The notes: generated by a model from the sequence alone, not told the origin. A stretch of DNA of 64,000 nt from Patescibacteria group bacterium (GCA_040384805.1 JAZKIP010000001.1:51981-115980), one strand, 5' to 3'; shown: positions 1-10,470, counted from the stretch's first letter. Made by a program: numbers and translations.

Positions 1-95
1 GTGAATGCGCTAGTCTTCTCGGATCTTTTTGTCTGATACCTCCTGAGACGTTGCTGAATTATAACATTATCCTTCTTGGGGTAATATTATTTTTT

Positions 96-539
96 TTACT
101 TTCTATATTTTCTCGTGCGCCACTTATCGGCGATCTTGACCCGCGTGAGCGATCGCTCAAGCTCGGTCGCGAAGTGTTCAAAATCTACCACTTCCTTGTT
201 CTCTGCTTGTTTGCGGAGCTCCTCGGCCCGCGCTTTTGCTCTCTCGACTGCGTCTTCGGTGATATCACCGATGTGCTCCGCGAAGTCAGCAAGGATCGCA
301 ACAGTTGTGATGTCGCTCTCTTTTTTGACTTCGATAAATCCTCCGACGACTGCCATCGGAATATGCTCACCATTAGTGATCGCAACGATGTCGCCTGAGA
401 CAAGGCTCGCAATAAGAGGAACGTGCTCTGGAAGGATGGTGATCTCCCCTTGCTCCGTCGGCAAAGTCACGCTTTGAACCTCTTCTTCGAGGATGAGACG
501 TTCGGGAGTAACGATCTTGAGTTTTAATGTCTTTGACAT
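96..539 (-). CDS. atpC: F1 ATP synthase epsilon subunit
   Basis: 147 aa; N-terminal LKLKIVTPE...VTLPTEQGEITILPEH pattern typical of the epsilon beta-sandwich, plus a C-terminal helical region. Sits downstream of atpD. Confidence 0.85.
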   Translation of the reverse strand: MSKTLKLKIVTPERLILEEEVQSVTLPTEQGEITILPEHVPLIASLVSGDIVAITNGEHIPMAVVGGFIEVKKESDITTVAILADFAEHIGDITEDAVERAKARAEELRKQAENKEVVDFEHFATELERSLTRVKIADKWRTRKYRK

Positions 540-594
540 GATATTGACAAGTTAAGTATTATTAGTTATTTTTTAAGAAACTTAAAATTGTGTT

Positions 595-828
595 ATGGAT
601 TATTTTTTAATCATCTTGTTTATTGCTATAGGGGGTTTTACTATTGGAGCTTTAGGCATCTTTATCCAGATTGTCCGTAGTATTATGGTTTCCAATAGCG
701 ATTATAAAGAAATTTACTTAATTCAGAAATCCAATAAGTTTCTTTCCCGAACGATTGCTATTTCATTTGTGATTTTAGCAATTGATGGAATTGCTTATGC
801 TGCTCGTATTTATTGGATTACGCCTTGA
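595..828 (+). CDS. small two-TM membrane protein (hypothetical), antisense-oriented between atpD and atpC
   Basis: 77 aa hydrophobic ORF. Perfect TTGACA at 544-549 upstream; the palindrome at 846-877 lies downstream and could terminate it. Uncertain. Confidence 0.3.
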   Translation: MDYFLIILFIAIGGFTIGALGIFIQIVRSIMVSNSDYKEIYLIQKSNKFLSRTIAISFVILAIDGIAYAARIYWITP

Positions 829-845
829 CCAACTTCAAGATTCTT

Positions 846-877
846 ACACTGCTATTATATTAATATAATAGCAGTGT
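846..877. terminator. perfect 32-nt palindrome/hairpin between atpD stop and the small + ORF
   Basis: cactgctattatat-ta-atataatagcagtg is a perfect inverted repeat just after the atpD stop (883). No strong U-run on the minus side, so it may act as a processing/attenuator hairpin rather than a classic terminator. Confidence 0.45.
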
Positions 878-882
878 TTAAA

Positions 883-2262
<1,380 letters not shown>

Positions 2263-2270
2263 CTAATAAT

Positions 2271-3227
2271 TTAACTGACGCTTGCCATGCCGGCACTTAT
2301 TTCGGATATTTCCTGGGTGATACCTGCTTGACGGGCTTTATTGAACTGCAATGTGAGATCTCCGATCATTTCTCCTGCGGCATCGCTTGCATTCTTCATG
2401 GCAAGCATCCGGGCTGACTGCTCTGATGCCCCCGATTCAAGGAGCATCTGGTAGATCTGCATGCGCACTAATTTCTCTGCAAGAGACTCAATGAGGGTAT
2501 TCATATCTCCATCGAAGGTATAAGATACATCTTCTCCGACCTTTGTCGGAGTCCCGACGTCGGTCGGGACTTTCTGTTCTCCGATACTCTCGATCACTTC
2601 TTTGAGTTCCTGCTTGGAAATCGGCAGAAGTTGTCGAATGTTCGGTTTCTGAGAAAGAGCTGAAATGAAATCAGTATATGCCACATGGACTTCAGCATAC
2701 GTTCCCTTCTTGAATTCTTCGATGATGAGGCGCGATAAGGGAGCGACATCCTGCAAACCAAGAATAGCTGGAAGCTCGGTAAAAGTGGCGATGATATTTT
2801 GTCCAATCCCTGAACCATCCGGTCGGGCAAGTCTTCGCATAGCTGCATCCCCTTTCTTACCGACAGCGACGATGTCGATGGCTTCCGGGGCATTCTTGAG
2901 CATCCCGATCGCTTTCTTGATGATCTGGGAATTATATCCGCCGCAGAGGCTCCCGTTTGATGTGACAAGGACAAGAAGGCTTCGCCCTGCTATAGGAGAT
3001 GTCGCTTGAGCTGTCTTTTTTTCGAAAAAAGGATGAGTGGTTTCTTCGAGCTTGTCTGAAAGCGATGTAAGAAGATCCCATGAATAGCCGGCATACAAGC
3101 GCGACGCAAGAGCCTGGGCGACCGCCCGGCGCATCTTCGAAGCCGCCACGAGTTCCATCGCCTTGGTGATCTTCTTGGTATTTTTTACCGATTTTATTCT
3201 TCGTTTTATTTCTTTAGTTCCTGCCAT
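2271..3227 (-). CDS. atpG: F1 ATP synthase gamma subunit
   Basis: 318 aa; N-terminal MAGTKEIKRRIKSVKNTKKITKAMELVAASKMRRA and C-terminal ...QAGITQEISEI hallmark of gamma. Confidence 0.9.
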   Translation of the reverse strand: MAGTKEIKRRIKSVKNTKKITKAMELVAASKMRRAVAQALASRLYAGYSWDLLTSLSDKLEETTHPFFEKKTAQATSPIAGRSLLVLVTSNGSLCGGYNSQIIKKAIGMLKNAPEAIDIVAVGKKGDAAMRRLARPDGSGIGQNIIATFTELPAILGLQDVAPLSRLIIEEFKKGTYAEVHVAYTDFISALSQKPNIRQLLPISKQELKEVIESIGEQKVPTDVGTPTKVGEDVSYTFDGDMNTLIESLAEKLVRMQIYQMLLESGASEQSARMLAMKNASDAAGEMIGDLTLQFNKARQAGITQEISEISAGMASVS

Positions 3228-3232
3228 AAAAT

Positions 3233-3592
3233 TTAATAAGCGAGAAAAGTAAGGAAACCGATTATTATAAGTGTAAGCATTGCACGTATTACAAGTATTA
3301 ACAATATTATGGAAAGTATCAATAGGATGATATTTTTTGCGCTATTCTTATTTTTTGATTTCTTGTATATGGTAATGCCTTTACTGCAAATCATTGTGAT
3401 CCATATTGATACAATAACGCCTAAGAATATCAATATGATAAATCCGAGTTTGCCCGTAAGTATATATTTTCTTAGAAGGAAATATATATAACCATATCCG
3501 TGCAATACAAAAAATACAAAAAATATTTCTATCGCTATCAGCTGGTTTTGTTTCTTTTCAATTAAATTATCTCTACTAATGCTTTCTTCCAT
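3233..3592 (-). CDS. small polytopic membrane protein of unknown function inserted between atpA and atpG
   Basis: 119 aa with 3-4 predicted TM helices. ATG sits 3 nt after the atpA stop and the ORF ends 5 nt before the atpG start, which suggests translational coupling. Very AT-rich codon usage compared with its neighbours. Confidence 0.5.
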   Translation of the reverse strand: MEESISRDNLIEKKQNQLIAIEIFFVFFVLHGYGYIYFLLRKYILTGKLGFIILIFLGVIVSIWITMICSKGITIYKKSKNKNSAKNIILLILSIILLILVIRAMLTLIIIGFLTFLAY

Positions 3593-3595
3593 AAA

Positions 3596-5098
3596 TTATT
3601 TACCAAAACTGATCTTGAAATCTTCAATTGCCTTCTTTAAACTTGCCTCGCTTCCATCTGTCCACATTTTCTTCTCGATAACATCCGTGTAGAAATCTTT
3701 TGCCTGTGCTTCGCTGTAATCAATGAGGCCTTGCTGGAATTCTCCGATACGGTCTACGGGAACATCGTCGAGATATCCTTTCACAAGAGCATAGAGAACG
3801 ACGACCTGATGTTCGGTCTTGACCGGTGAATACTGCGGCTGTTTGAGCATCTCAGTTGCGCGCTTGCCGCGTTCGAGCTGTCTCTTTGTCGATTCATCAA
3901 GATCAGAACCGAACTGGGAGAAAGCTTCGAGTTCGCGGAACTGGGCAAGGTCGAGCTTGAGCGTTCCCGCTACTTTCTTCATAGCTTTGATCTGGGCTGA
4001 TGATCCGACGCGGGAGACTGAGTTTCCGACATTCACAGCCGGGCGGATTCCCTTGTAGAAGAGATCGGTTTCGAGGAATATCTGTCCGTCGGTAATGGAG
4101 ATGACGTTGGTCGGAATATAGGCTGAAATGTCGCCTGCCTGTGTTTCGATGATCGGCAATGCCGTGATGGATCCTCCTCCGTATTCCTTGTTGCGTCGCG
4201 CGGCGCGCTCAAGCAAACGCGAGTGAAGATAGAAAACGTCTCCGGGGTATGCTTCGCGGCCCGGCGGACGGCGAAGAAGCAACGAGATCTCGCGATATGC
4301 CACAGCATGCTTGGAAAGATCATCGTAGACGATCAAGACATCCTTCCCCTGATCCATGAAGTATTCAGCAATTGAAACGCCCGCATATGGCGCGATGTAT
4401 GAAAGCGCTGCAGATTCCGATGCGCTAGCTGATACGATAACTGTATAGTCCATGGCGCCGCCTTCCCGAAGGCGAGTTTCAAGCTTGCGGAGTTTGGAAT
4501 CCTTCTGTCCGATCGAGACATAGACGCAGATCATATTTTCCCCTTTCTGGTTGAGAATAGCGTCGATGGCGATTGCAGTCTTGCCTGTCTGGCGGTCGCC
4601 GATGATGAGCTCGCGCTGTCCGCGGCCGATCGGGATAAGAGCATCGATGGCTTTGATACCGGTTGCAACAGGCTGGTCGACAGAGAGGCGTGTGACGACT
4701 CCCGGAGCGACTTTTTCAATCGGGTTTGTCTTGTTCGTCTTGATATCTCCCTTGCCGTCGATCGGCTGGCCAAGAGCATTGAGAACGCGGCCGATCTGAG
4801 CGTCCCCGACGGGAACTTCGAGGATTCGTCCTGTGGCTTTGACCTCGTCTCCTTCGCGGATCGTTGAAAAATCACCGAGGATAATGACGCCGACAGAATC
4901 TTCTTCGAGGTTAAGAGTCACGCCGATCTCGCCGCTCGGGAATGTGACCATTTCCGATGCCTTGATATCAGAGAGTCCCGAAATCTTGGCGATGCCGTCG
5001 AATACCTCAACGACATGGCCGATCTTCTCGGCTTTGGCATCAACCTGGAATTGTTCGATTTGCTTTCTTAAATTTTCTACGATTGTGTTTTTTGTCAT
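3596..5098 (-). CDS. atpA: F1 ATP synthase alpha subunit
   Basis: 500 aa; Walker A GDRQTGKT; conserved alpha-subunit architecture. Confidence 0.95.
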   Translation of the reverse strand: MTKNTIVENLRKQIEQFQVDAKAEKIGHVVEVFDGIAKISGLSDIKASEMVTFPSGEIGVTLNLEEDSVGVIILGDFSTIREGDEVKATGRILEVPVGDAQIGRVLNALGQPIDGKGDIKTNKTNPIEKVAPGVVTRLSVDQPVATGIKAIDALIPIGRGQRELIIGDRQTGKTAIAIDAILNQKGENMICVYVSIGQKDSKLRKLETRLREGGAMDYTVIVSASASESAALSYIAPYAGVSIAEYFMDQGKDVLIVYDDLSKHAVAYREISLLLRRPPGREAYPGDVFYLHSRLLERAARRNKEYGGGSITALPIIETQAGDISAYIPTNVISITDGQIFLETDLFYKGIRPAVNVGNSVSRVGSSAQIKAMKKVAGTLKLDLAQFRELEAFSQFGSDLDESTKRQLERGKRATEMLKQPQYSPVKTEHQVVVLYALVKGYLDDVPVDRIGEFQQGLIDYSEAQAKDFYTDVIEKKMWTDGSEASLKKAIEDFKISFGK

Positions 5099-5099
5099 A

Positions 5100-5507
5100 T
5101 TAATTCCTGATTAAGTAATCTTCTAATTGAGTGATTCGGTGCTTCATTGTCATATCGATAATCTCGTCTCCTATCTGTATCTTCATTCCCCCGATATTGT
5201 TTTCATTAATGCTTATATCGAGATATATTTCTTTCATACCGTATCTTTCCTTTAATTGATTCTTTAGGTCTTCCTCCGTCTCTGTTGAGAGAGGCCGTGC
5301 AGTTTCTGCGCGAGCCCGGAGAACTCCTTCATCATGATCAATCAGTTCCTCGAGGCTCTTGAGAATCTCAGGGGCTTTCGAGAGCAGATGTCTCTTGCTC
5401 AAGAATTCAACGCCATTCGACAGGAAAATCTCAAGGTCTTTCCCTTCTTTCCCTTTTGATCCTTCGTATAATGCCTGCGCGGCGTTTTGTGTTGAAATTG
5501 CTGACAT
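5100..5507 (-). CDS. atpH: F1 ATP synthase delta subunit (OSCP), short form
   Basis: 135 aa; operon position between atpF and atpA; C-terminal ...[15 protein letters not shown]... resembles the delta C-terminus. Shorter than the usual ~180 aa. Confidence 0.7.
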   Translation of the reverse strand: MSAISTQNAAQALYEGSKGKEGKDLEIFLSNGVEFLSKRHLLSKAPEILKSLEELIDHDEGVLRARAETARPLSTETEEDLKNQLKERYGMKEIYLDISINENNIGGMKIQIGDEIIDMTMKHRITQLEDYLIRN

Positions 5508-5512
5508 ATGAA

Positions 5513-6004
5513 TTATGCGTTGCGAATATTTTTTACCTGTTTCTGATCAAAAGACGCATCTGCCTTATCTTCAAGTAATTTTTCTGTTGCGGCAACGACA
5601 AGGGTTATAATTTCCTTTTTCGCTTCCTCGATCATTTTGGCTTTTTCTCCTTCAAGAGCGTTTTTGCCGTCTGCGATCATTCGGTCAACGTCTACTTTTG
5701 CCTGTTCAAGCATCTCTGTCTTTTTTGCTTCGGCATCGCGCTTCCCTTCCTGGAATATTTCATGAGCTTCCGTTTTTGCCTGCACAACGATGGCATCATA
5801 TTCTTTCTTGGTATCTGCGAGAATCTTCGCGTTGCGCTTTGCATCTTCAAGACCGCCCTCGATGCGGCTCTGCCTTTCGCTCATTATTTTTTTAAGGGGC
5901 TTAAGCGCCAAAAAATATAAAATAACAAGGACAATGATAAAATTGATCGCTTGGGCGATAATGATTTTCCAGTCTATATGAAAAGTTGTAACGAATGATT
6001 CCAT
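5513..6004 (-). CDS. atpF: Fo ATP synthase subunit b
   Basis: 163 aa; single N-terminal TM followed by a long charged helix; operon position. Confidence 0.85.
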   Translation of the reverse strand: MESFVTTFHIDWKIIIAQAINFIIVLVILYFLALKPLKKIMSERQSRIEGGLEDAKRNAKILADTKKEYDAIVVQAKTEAHEIFQEGKRDAEAKKTEMLEQAKVDVDRMIADGKNALEGEKAKMIEEAKKEIITLVVAATEKLLEDKADASFDQKQVKNIRNA

Positions 6005-6106
6005 GCGGAGATAATAATTATGAATTAAAATTGCTAATACGAATTGAGCTTCTCACTCCTAGCCCCTAGTCGATAGAATACTAGTTGCCAGATGTAAAGA
6101 GCCGAA

Positions 6107-6349
<243 letters not shown>

Positions 6350-6371
6350 CTAATAATGGTTGACCTTGAAT

Positions 6372-7298
6372 TTAATGTGCTTCCGCCACGCGATGACTTT
6401 CCTTCGGATGCTCGTCGTGCTTCTCGTCATGGTCCTGGCTTGCCATCGTATAATAGACAAGGGTCAGAATAGCGAAGATGAATGCCTGGATCACACCGAC
6501 AAAGACTTCCAGAAGCAAAAATGGCGTCGGTACAAGATATGCCATGATTGCCGCCATTGCCGCTAAAAGCACTTCGCCGGCGAACACATTTCCGAAAAGA
6601 CGGAATGAAAGCGATGCGATCTTGGCCATTTCTCCAATAAGCTCCAGAAATCCGACAGCGAACATGATCGGAGCCGTTAAAAGGATTGTCGGATCTTTTC
6701 GGACTTTCGTGAAAATGCCTCCGAGCGCCTTTAGATTAACATATTTATTGATGGTTTTCCAGAGACCGATCGTGAATATTCCAAAGAGATTCGCTCCGAG
6801 AACGGACAGGACCGCAAGAGGCAATGTTCCGTTGATGTCGGCCGTTCCGCTTCGAATAAGGGGTATAAACGCTTTGCCATGTTCGGTTGTCTCAATAAAG
6901 CCGAATCCTCCGATTGGCAATATTCCCATCCAGTTATTAAGAAGCACGAAAAGAAAAACAGAGAACACGACTGGAAACGCCTTGTTGGTGATCCTGCGGT
7001 CGCCTGTGACTTGATCAGCGAGCGATTCCGCTCCTTCGATCACGAATTCGAAGAAATTCTGAATCCCCTTCGGTATTTGCTTGAGCTTGAAGCGCATGAT
7101 AACGGCAAAAATGACGAGAATTGCCACGACGATCCAACTTGTAAAAAGCGCATTAGTAACCGTAAAAGATCCGATATGTCCAATCGGTTCGGCATATAAT
7201 GTCGCTTCATGATGCGCTTCTTCGCTTTCGACATGGGTCGCCTCTGGTGCGCCGGTATCCATTATTTCATTTTCTACATGTTCTTGAACTTCTGCCAT
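6372..7298 (-). CDS. atpB: Fo ATP synthase subunit a with N- and C-terminal extensions
   Basis: 308 aa; polytopic; conserved Arg-containing helix (LSFRLFGNVFAGEVLL). Acidic/His-rich N-terminus (~40 aa) and His-rich C-terminal tail (DHDEKHDEHPKESH). Confidence 0.85.
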   Translation of the reverse strand: MAEVQEHVENEIMDTGAPEATHVESEEAHHEATLYAEPIGHIGSFTVTNALFTSWIVVAILVIFAVIMRFKLKQIPKGIQNFFEFVIEGAESLADQVTGDRRITNKAFPVVFSVFLFVLLNNWMGILPIGGFGFIETTEHGKAFIPLIRSGTADINGTLPLAVLSVLGANLFGIFTIGLWKTINKYVNLKALGGIFTKVRKDPTILLTAPIMFAVGFLELIGEMAKIASLSFRLFGNVFAGEVLLAAMAAIMAYLVPTPFLLLEVFVGVIQAFIFAILTLVYYTMASQDHDEKHDEHPKESHRVAEAH

Positions 7299-7301
7299 AT
7301 A

Positions 7302-7565
7302 TTATTTATTTTCTTGAATCTTTTTTGCTTTCTCTTCTTTTTCTATTTTACGAATATATCCGACAACATTTTTCCGTATTGAAAAAAGCGATATAAGGAA
7401 TGCAATTGCCGTAAGCCCCAGGAATATCCACGGTGCCGTGTCATATTTGCCATCGAGATATTTGCCGATACCAAGGGCCAGGATAACGGGGATGGCGATC
7501 GATCCGGAGACTTTCATGAATATGATGAGTCCGGGTTTCCACCAATTTTTGTTCTTGTCTTTCAT
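7302..7565 (-). CDS. AtpI/AtpZ-like small membrane protein preceding atpB
   Basis: 87 aa, two TM helices, first gene of the atp operon, 3 nt upstream of atpB. Confidence 0.5.
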   Translation of the reverse strand: MKDKNKNWWKPGLIIFMKVSGSIAIPVILALGIGKYLDGKYDTAPWIFLGLTAIAFLISLFSIRKNVVGYIRKIEKEEKAKKIQENK

Positions 7566-7592
7566 AAAAAGAAAACGGCCTTAGCCAGCCGC

Positions 7593-7621
7593 ACTATAGC
7601 AAAAAATTGCGATATTTTCAA
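7593..7621 (-). promoter_or_regulatory. candidate sigma70-type promoter for the atp operon (TTGAAA-17-TATAGT) within a 12-bp inverted repeat
   Basis: Minus strand TTGAAA (7621-7616), 17-nt spacer, TATAGT (7598-7593), about 30 nt upstream of the atpI-like ATG. The IR ctatagcaaaaa / tttttgctatag (7598-7609 / 7630-7641) also gives a mirror-image TTGCGA-17-TATAGT on the + strand facing the tRNAs. Confidence 0.45.
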
Positions 7622-7676
7622 GTTTTTGCTATAGTATTCCTACGTTTTAAGGTTTTTCAGTGCATACATCATTAAC

Positions 7677-7770
7677 GCGTGTGGAGTAGAGTGGTAGAAC
7701 CTGCCTACCGGCAAGGCAGGCGCTCGTCCTGATATAACAGGTACAATACGAATGGTTCGCTCGTTGAAAA
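7677..7770 (+). other. degenerate tRNA-like element (duplicate of the tRNA-Ile 5' half with a ~25-nt hairpin insertion)
   Basis: gcgtgtgGAgtAGagtggtagaac nearly matches the acceptor/D-arm of the downstream tRNA-Ile. Then comes an extra hairpin ctgcctaccggcaaggcag, then gtcctgatataacagg resembling the Ile anticodon arm. The T-arm and 3' acceptor are not recoverable. Confidence 0.3.
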
Positions 7771-7794
7771 TGAAATAAGATTAATTCTTTAAGT

Positions 7795-7866
7795 GCGTGT
7801 GTAGTTCAGTGGTAGAACGCTGTCCTGATAAGACAGAGGCCGAAAGTTCGATTCTTTCCACACGCA
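7795..7866 (+). tRNA. tRNA-Ile (anticodon GAT)
   Basis: Cloverleaf readable by eye: acceptor GCGTGTG/CACACGC, D-arm GTTC-AGTGGTA-GAAC, anticodon stem CTGTC/GACAG with loop CTGATAA, T-arm with TTCGATT, discriminator A, no encoded CCA. Confidence 0.85.
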
Positions 7867-7916
7867 CTTAGGGTGGTAGCTTATTTCATTTTGCAACTCA
7901 CTGCCATGTAGCCTTA

Positions 7917-7953
7917 AAACACAAAAGACCCTTGAGGGTCTTTTGTGTTTTAA
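7917..7953. terminator. bidirectional rho-independent terminator
   Basis: aaaacacaaaagaccc-ttga-gggtcttttgtgtttt is a perfect 16-bp stem flanked by A/T runs on both strands; it lies between the tRNA-Ile and the convergent repeat-protein gene. Confidence 0.8.
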
Positions 7954-7974
7954 AATATATATTTAAAAGATCAC

Positions 7975-8405
7975 TTAATTTAATCGATTAATGTCCGTAA
8001 TGATAGATCCAGATTTCTTAACAGGATTTCCTTCTTCATCAAGTTGATTACCAAAACGATCTACTATTTTGCTGGTATTAACAATCGGCGTGCCGCTTGT
8101 ATCAAGCTCATTGCCATAAGGATCTAATAGCTTTTCTTTCTTAACTAATATTCCGCCTGCGTTGATCTCGTACTCATTGCCCAACTTGTCGAGTATCTTT
8201 TTGTCAGGCGAGCCGACAGGCTTGCCATCGGGCCCATATTCCTGACCGAATTGATTTACAAGCGTATTTTTTTAACTAATATTCCACCTGAACTGGTGTC
8301 ATAGGTATTACCTGCTTTGTCTATTATTTTTTTATCTTGAGCGATAGGCTTGCCATCGGGACCAAGTTTATTTCCATCCGGACCTACTATTTTTTCAAAA
8401 TTCAT
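7975..8405 (-). pseudogene. secreted-looking repeat protein (three ~45-aa G-P/N-D-G-K repeats) interrupted by a frameshift at an A7 tract
   Basis: 5' part (8405->8255) encodes MNFEKIVGPDGNKLGPDGKPIAQDKKIIDKAGNTYDTSSGGILVKKIRL*. Adding one A to the A7 run (+ strand T7 at 8267-8273) restores a continuous frame ...GGILVKKNTLVNQFGQEYGPDGKPVGSPDKKILDKLGNEYEINAGGILVKKEKLLDPYGNELD... running into the 69-aa ORF 7975..8184. Confidence 0.5.
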
Positions 8406-8448
8406 AATTAAAATTATATCATTTTTGATCTCATTGTGTCAATAAAAC

Positions 8449-8477
8449 AAAAATACTCCCTTTAAAGGGAGTATTTT
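8449..8477. terminator. rho-independent terminator after the RRM-protein gene
   Basis: aaaatactccc-tttaaa-gggagtattttt hairpin flanked by T/A runs, about 22 nt downstream of the 8499 stop. Confidence 0.7.
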
Positions 8478-8498
8478 TGGATAGAGTAAGCCGATATA

Positions 8499-8792
8499 TT
8501 ATCGGTTTGGGCGGAAACCACCGCCACCTGACTGTGGACGAGCTTCCATAGGACGAGCTTCGTTCACAGTAAGATTTCGACCTTCGAAATCTTTACCGTC
8601 AAACATTGAGATAGCTGTGTCAGCATCTGCATCGTTTTCCATTTCAACGAAACCGAAGCCCTTTGAGCGGCCAGTCATCTTATCCATGATAATAGTTGCT
8701 GATGCTACAGGACCTGCAGCCTCAAAGTGAGCTTTGAGCTCGTCGTTAGTAGTCTTGTAAGGAAGACCGCCAACATATAACTTTTTTGCCAT
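8499..8792 (-). CDS. RNA-binding protein with a single RRM domain and Gly-rich tail
   Basis: MAKKLYVGGLPYKTT...KGFGFVEM (RNP2/RNP1 motifs), C-terminal GGGGFRPNR. Start trimmed to the MAKK Met; the ORF-track N-extension is probably non-coding. Confidence 0.8.
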   Translation of the reverse strand: MAKKLYVGGLPYKTTNDELKAHFEAAGPVASATIIMDKMTGRSKGFGFVEMENDADADTAISMFDGKDFEGRNLTVNEARPMEARPQSGGGGFRPNR

Positions 8793-8998
8793 ATATGACA
8801 ATGTGCTTCTCGTAAACGTACTTTCATACGAATGCGTGAAGAAAACTAATTTATAAATGTAATCGCGTAGCCGATTTTCATTTACATGCCTCAATGTTTA
8901 CACAGCGAAGTATGAAACAAATACCAAAACGTAAGCAAACTACTGAAGGAAAGTATACCACATATATGTCGACCACACAACCAAATTTTAATTAAAAA

Positions 8999-9024
8999 GT
9001 GCCGCCCCTAGGGAGGGACGGCAC
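8999..9024. terminator. GC-rich hairpin/terminator
   Basis: gtgccgcccctagggagggacggcac followed on the minus strand by TTTTTAATT; lies downstream of the 9035..9271 ORF. Confidence 0.5.
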
Positions 9025-9034
9025 AAAGGGGTAT

Positions 9035-9271
9035 CTATTCTTCAACTCCTATACTATTGATAAGTTTCTGTATTTCTTTATATCGTCTTTTTATTCTGAT
9101 TTCCAATAAGAAATAGATAATATAAAATATAACGCCGATAATGCATATGATAAAACCGATTACCATAAAGCTCCTTTCTTTATTGAAAAAAACCAAAAAT
9201 ATGAAGATAGTACTTGAAGCTAGAGAAATAGATGTTAATATGAACAGAATAGTGCTTATTTTCTTTTCCAT
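9035..9271 (-). CDS. small two-TM membrane protein (hypothetical)
   Basis: 78 aa, strongly hydrophobic, AT-rich; has its own downstream hairpin. Confidence 0.35.
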   Translation of the reverse strand: MEKKISTILFILTSISLASSTIFIFLVFFNKERSFMVIGFIICIIGVIFYIIYFLLEIRIKRRYKEIQKLINSIGVEE

Positions 9272-9399
9272 ATAGCAAGGTATTGTTTAATGAGCGAAAA
9301 AGACTTAACAGTTCTTCTTTGCTCATTAAACAAAACTTCTCATCTCTAAACTAAGATTAACTTGGTTTTATTTTAACATACAGTACATAAAAGGTCAAG

Positions 9400-10470
9400 T
9401 TATTCTGGGTTGATAGTGCATATTTTATTAGCAATGTATTTAGCATCCCGGGAAATTCCCGCCAAATGAGACGAGCTTTTACTGTATTGCCAGCGGATGT
9501 TAAGAACATAGAGCCCTTTTATATTTGTTACTCCTCTTGTATGCAAATCCGGATCAAAATCAGGAATATCTATAATGGAAAAATCCGATTTATATCCTGT
9601 GGCCCATATAACGACGGAAACTTCCCCCACATTTCCTTTCTCCGATAGTATTTTTCCTTCTGGCGTTATGCCGGTTATCCGGCCTACTGAAATGACATTT
9701 TCATTATTCAAAAGCATGCCGACATCCATACCCACAGCTTTGCCTTTCGTATACCACCGGACAAGCTTACCCAAAAGCGATTTCTGGGGAATATGGGCAA
9801 GGCCAAGGCGGTATGCCATCCATTGCGAGAGTTGAGAGCTTGGAACGCTTTTCAATTTTCCTTTGTATGAAAAGAATATCTGCCGCCCTGTTTCAATGAG
9901 CTCTTTGGCGATTTCCGAGCCTGAGTTACCTCCGCCGACAACAAGAACCGTGCCCGGAAGCAGTTCTCTTTCATTTTTGTATTGTTTTGCGTGAAGTTGA
10001 TGGATGTCTTTTGGAAGATTGGATGCATAGAAAGGTATAGATGGAGTGTTGAATGGTCCCGTCGCAAGAACAACGGCAGACGATTCATATATGCCATTGT
10101 TCGTTATTGTTATAAACAGATCACCTTCTTTTTGAATTGATAGCACGAGAGTATCAAAGACAGGCGTAATTCCGAATGTATCTGCAAATGATTTTAAATA
10201 TTCTGCAACTTCGTTTTTATGCGGCTGCCGTTTCTGATCTCCCGGAAAAGGAAAGCCTTCAAGATGGCTGTATTTGGCGAATGAATCGATAATAAGTGAG
10301 TCGTATCGATTTATCCACGAAGCCCCGATTTGTTTTTCCTGATCGAGGATGATATATGTTCCTCCTTTCTCTTTTAGATAACGGGCAACCGAAAGTCCTG
10401 CCTGGCCTGCGCCGATTATGATCGTGCCTGTGACAGCTGTCGGTTCCATATTATTCCTCATCTGCGTCAC
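9400..10470 (-). CDS. FAD/NAD(P)-binding oxidoreductase (flavin monooxygenase / pyridine nucleotide-disulfide oxidoreductase-like)
   Basis: 356 aa; N-terminal dinucleotide fold GxGxxG ([13 protein letters not shown]) and a second [14 protein letters not shown] Rossmann motif. Confidence 0.7.
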   Translation of the reverse strand: MTQMRNNMEPTAVTGTIIIGAGQAGLSVARYLKEKGGTYIILDQEKQIGASWINRYDSLIIDSFAKYSHLEGFPFPGDQKRQPHKNEVAEYLKSFADTFGITPVFDTLVLSIQKEGDLFITITNNGIYESSAVVLATGPFNTPSIPFYASNLPKDIHQLHAKQYKNERELLPGTVLVVGGGNSGSEIAKELIETGRQIFFSYKGKLKSVPSSQLSQWMAYRLGLAHIPQKSLLGKLVRWYTKGKAVGMDVGMLLNNENVISVGRITGITPEGKILSEKGNVGEVSVVIWATGYKSDFSIIDIPDFDPDLHTRGVTNIKGLYVLNIRWQYSKSSSHLAGISRDAKYIANKICTINPE

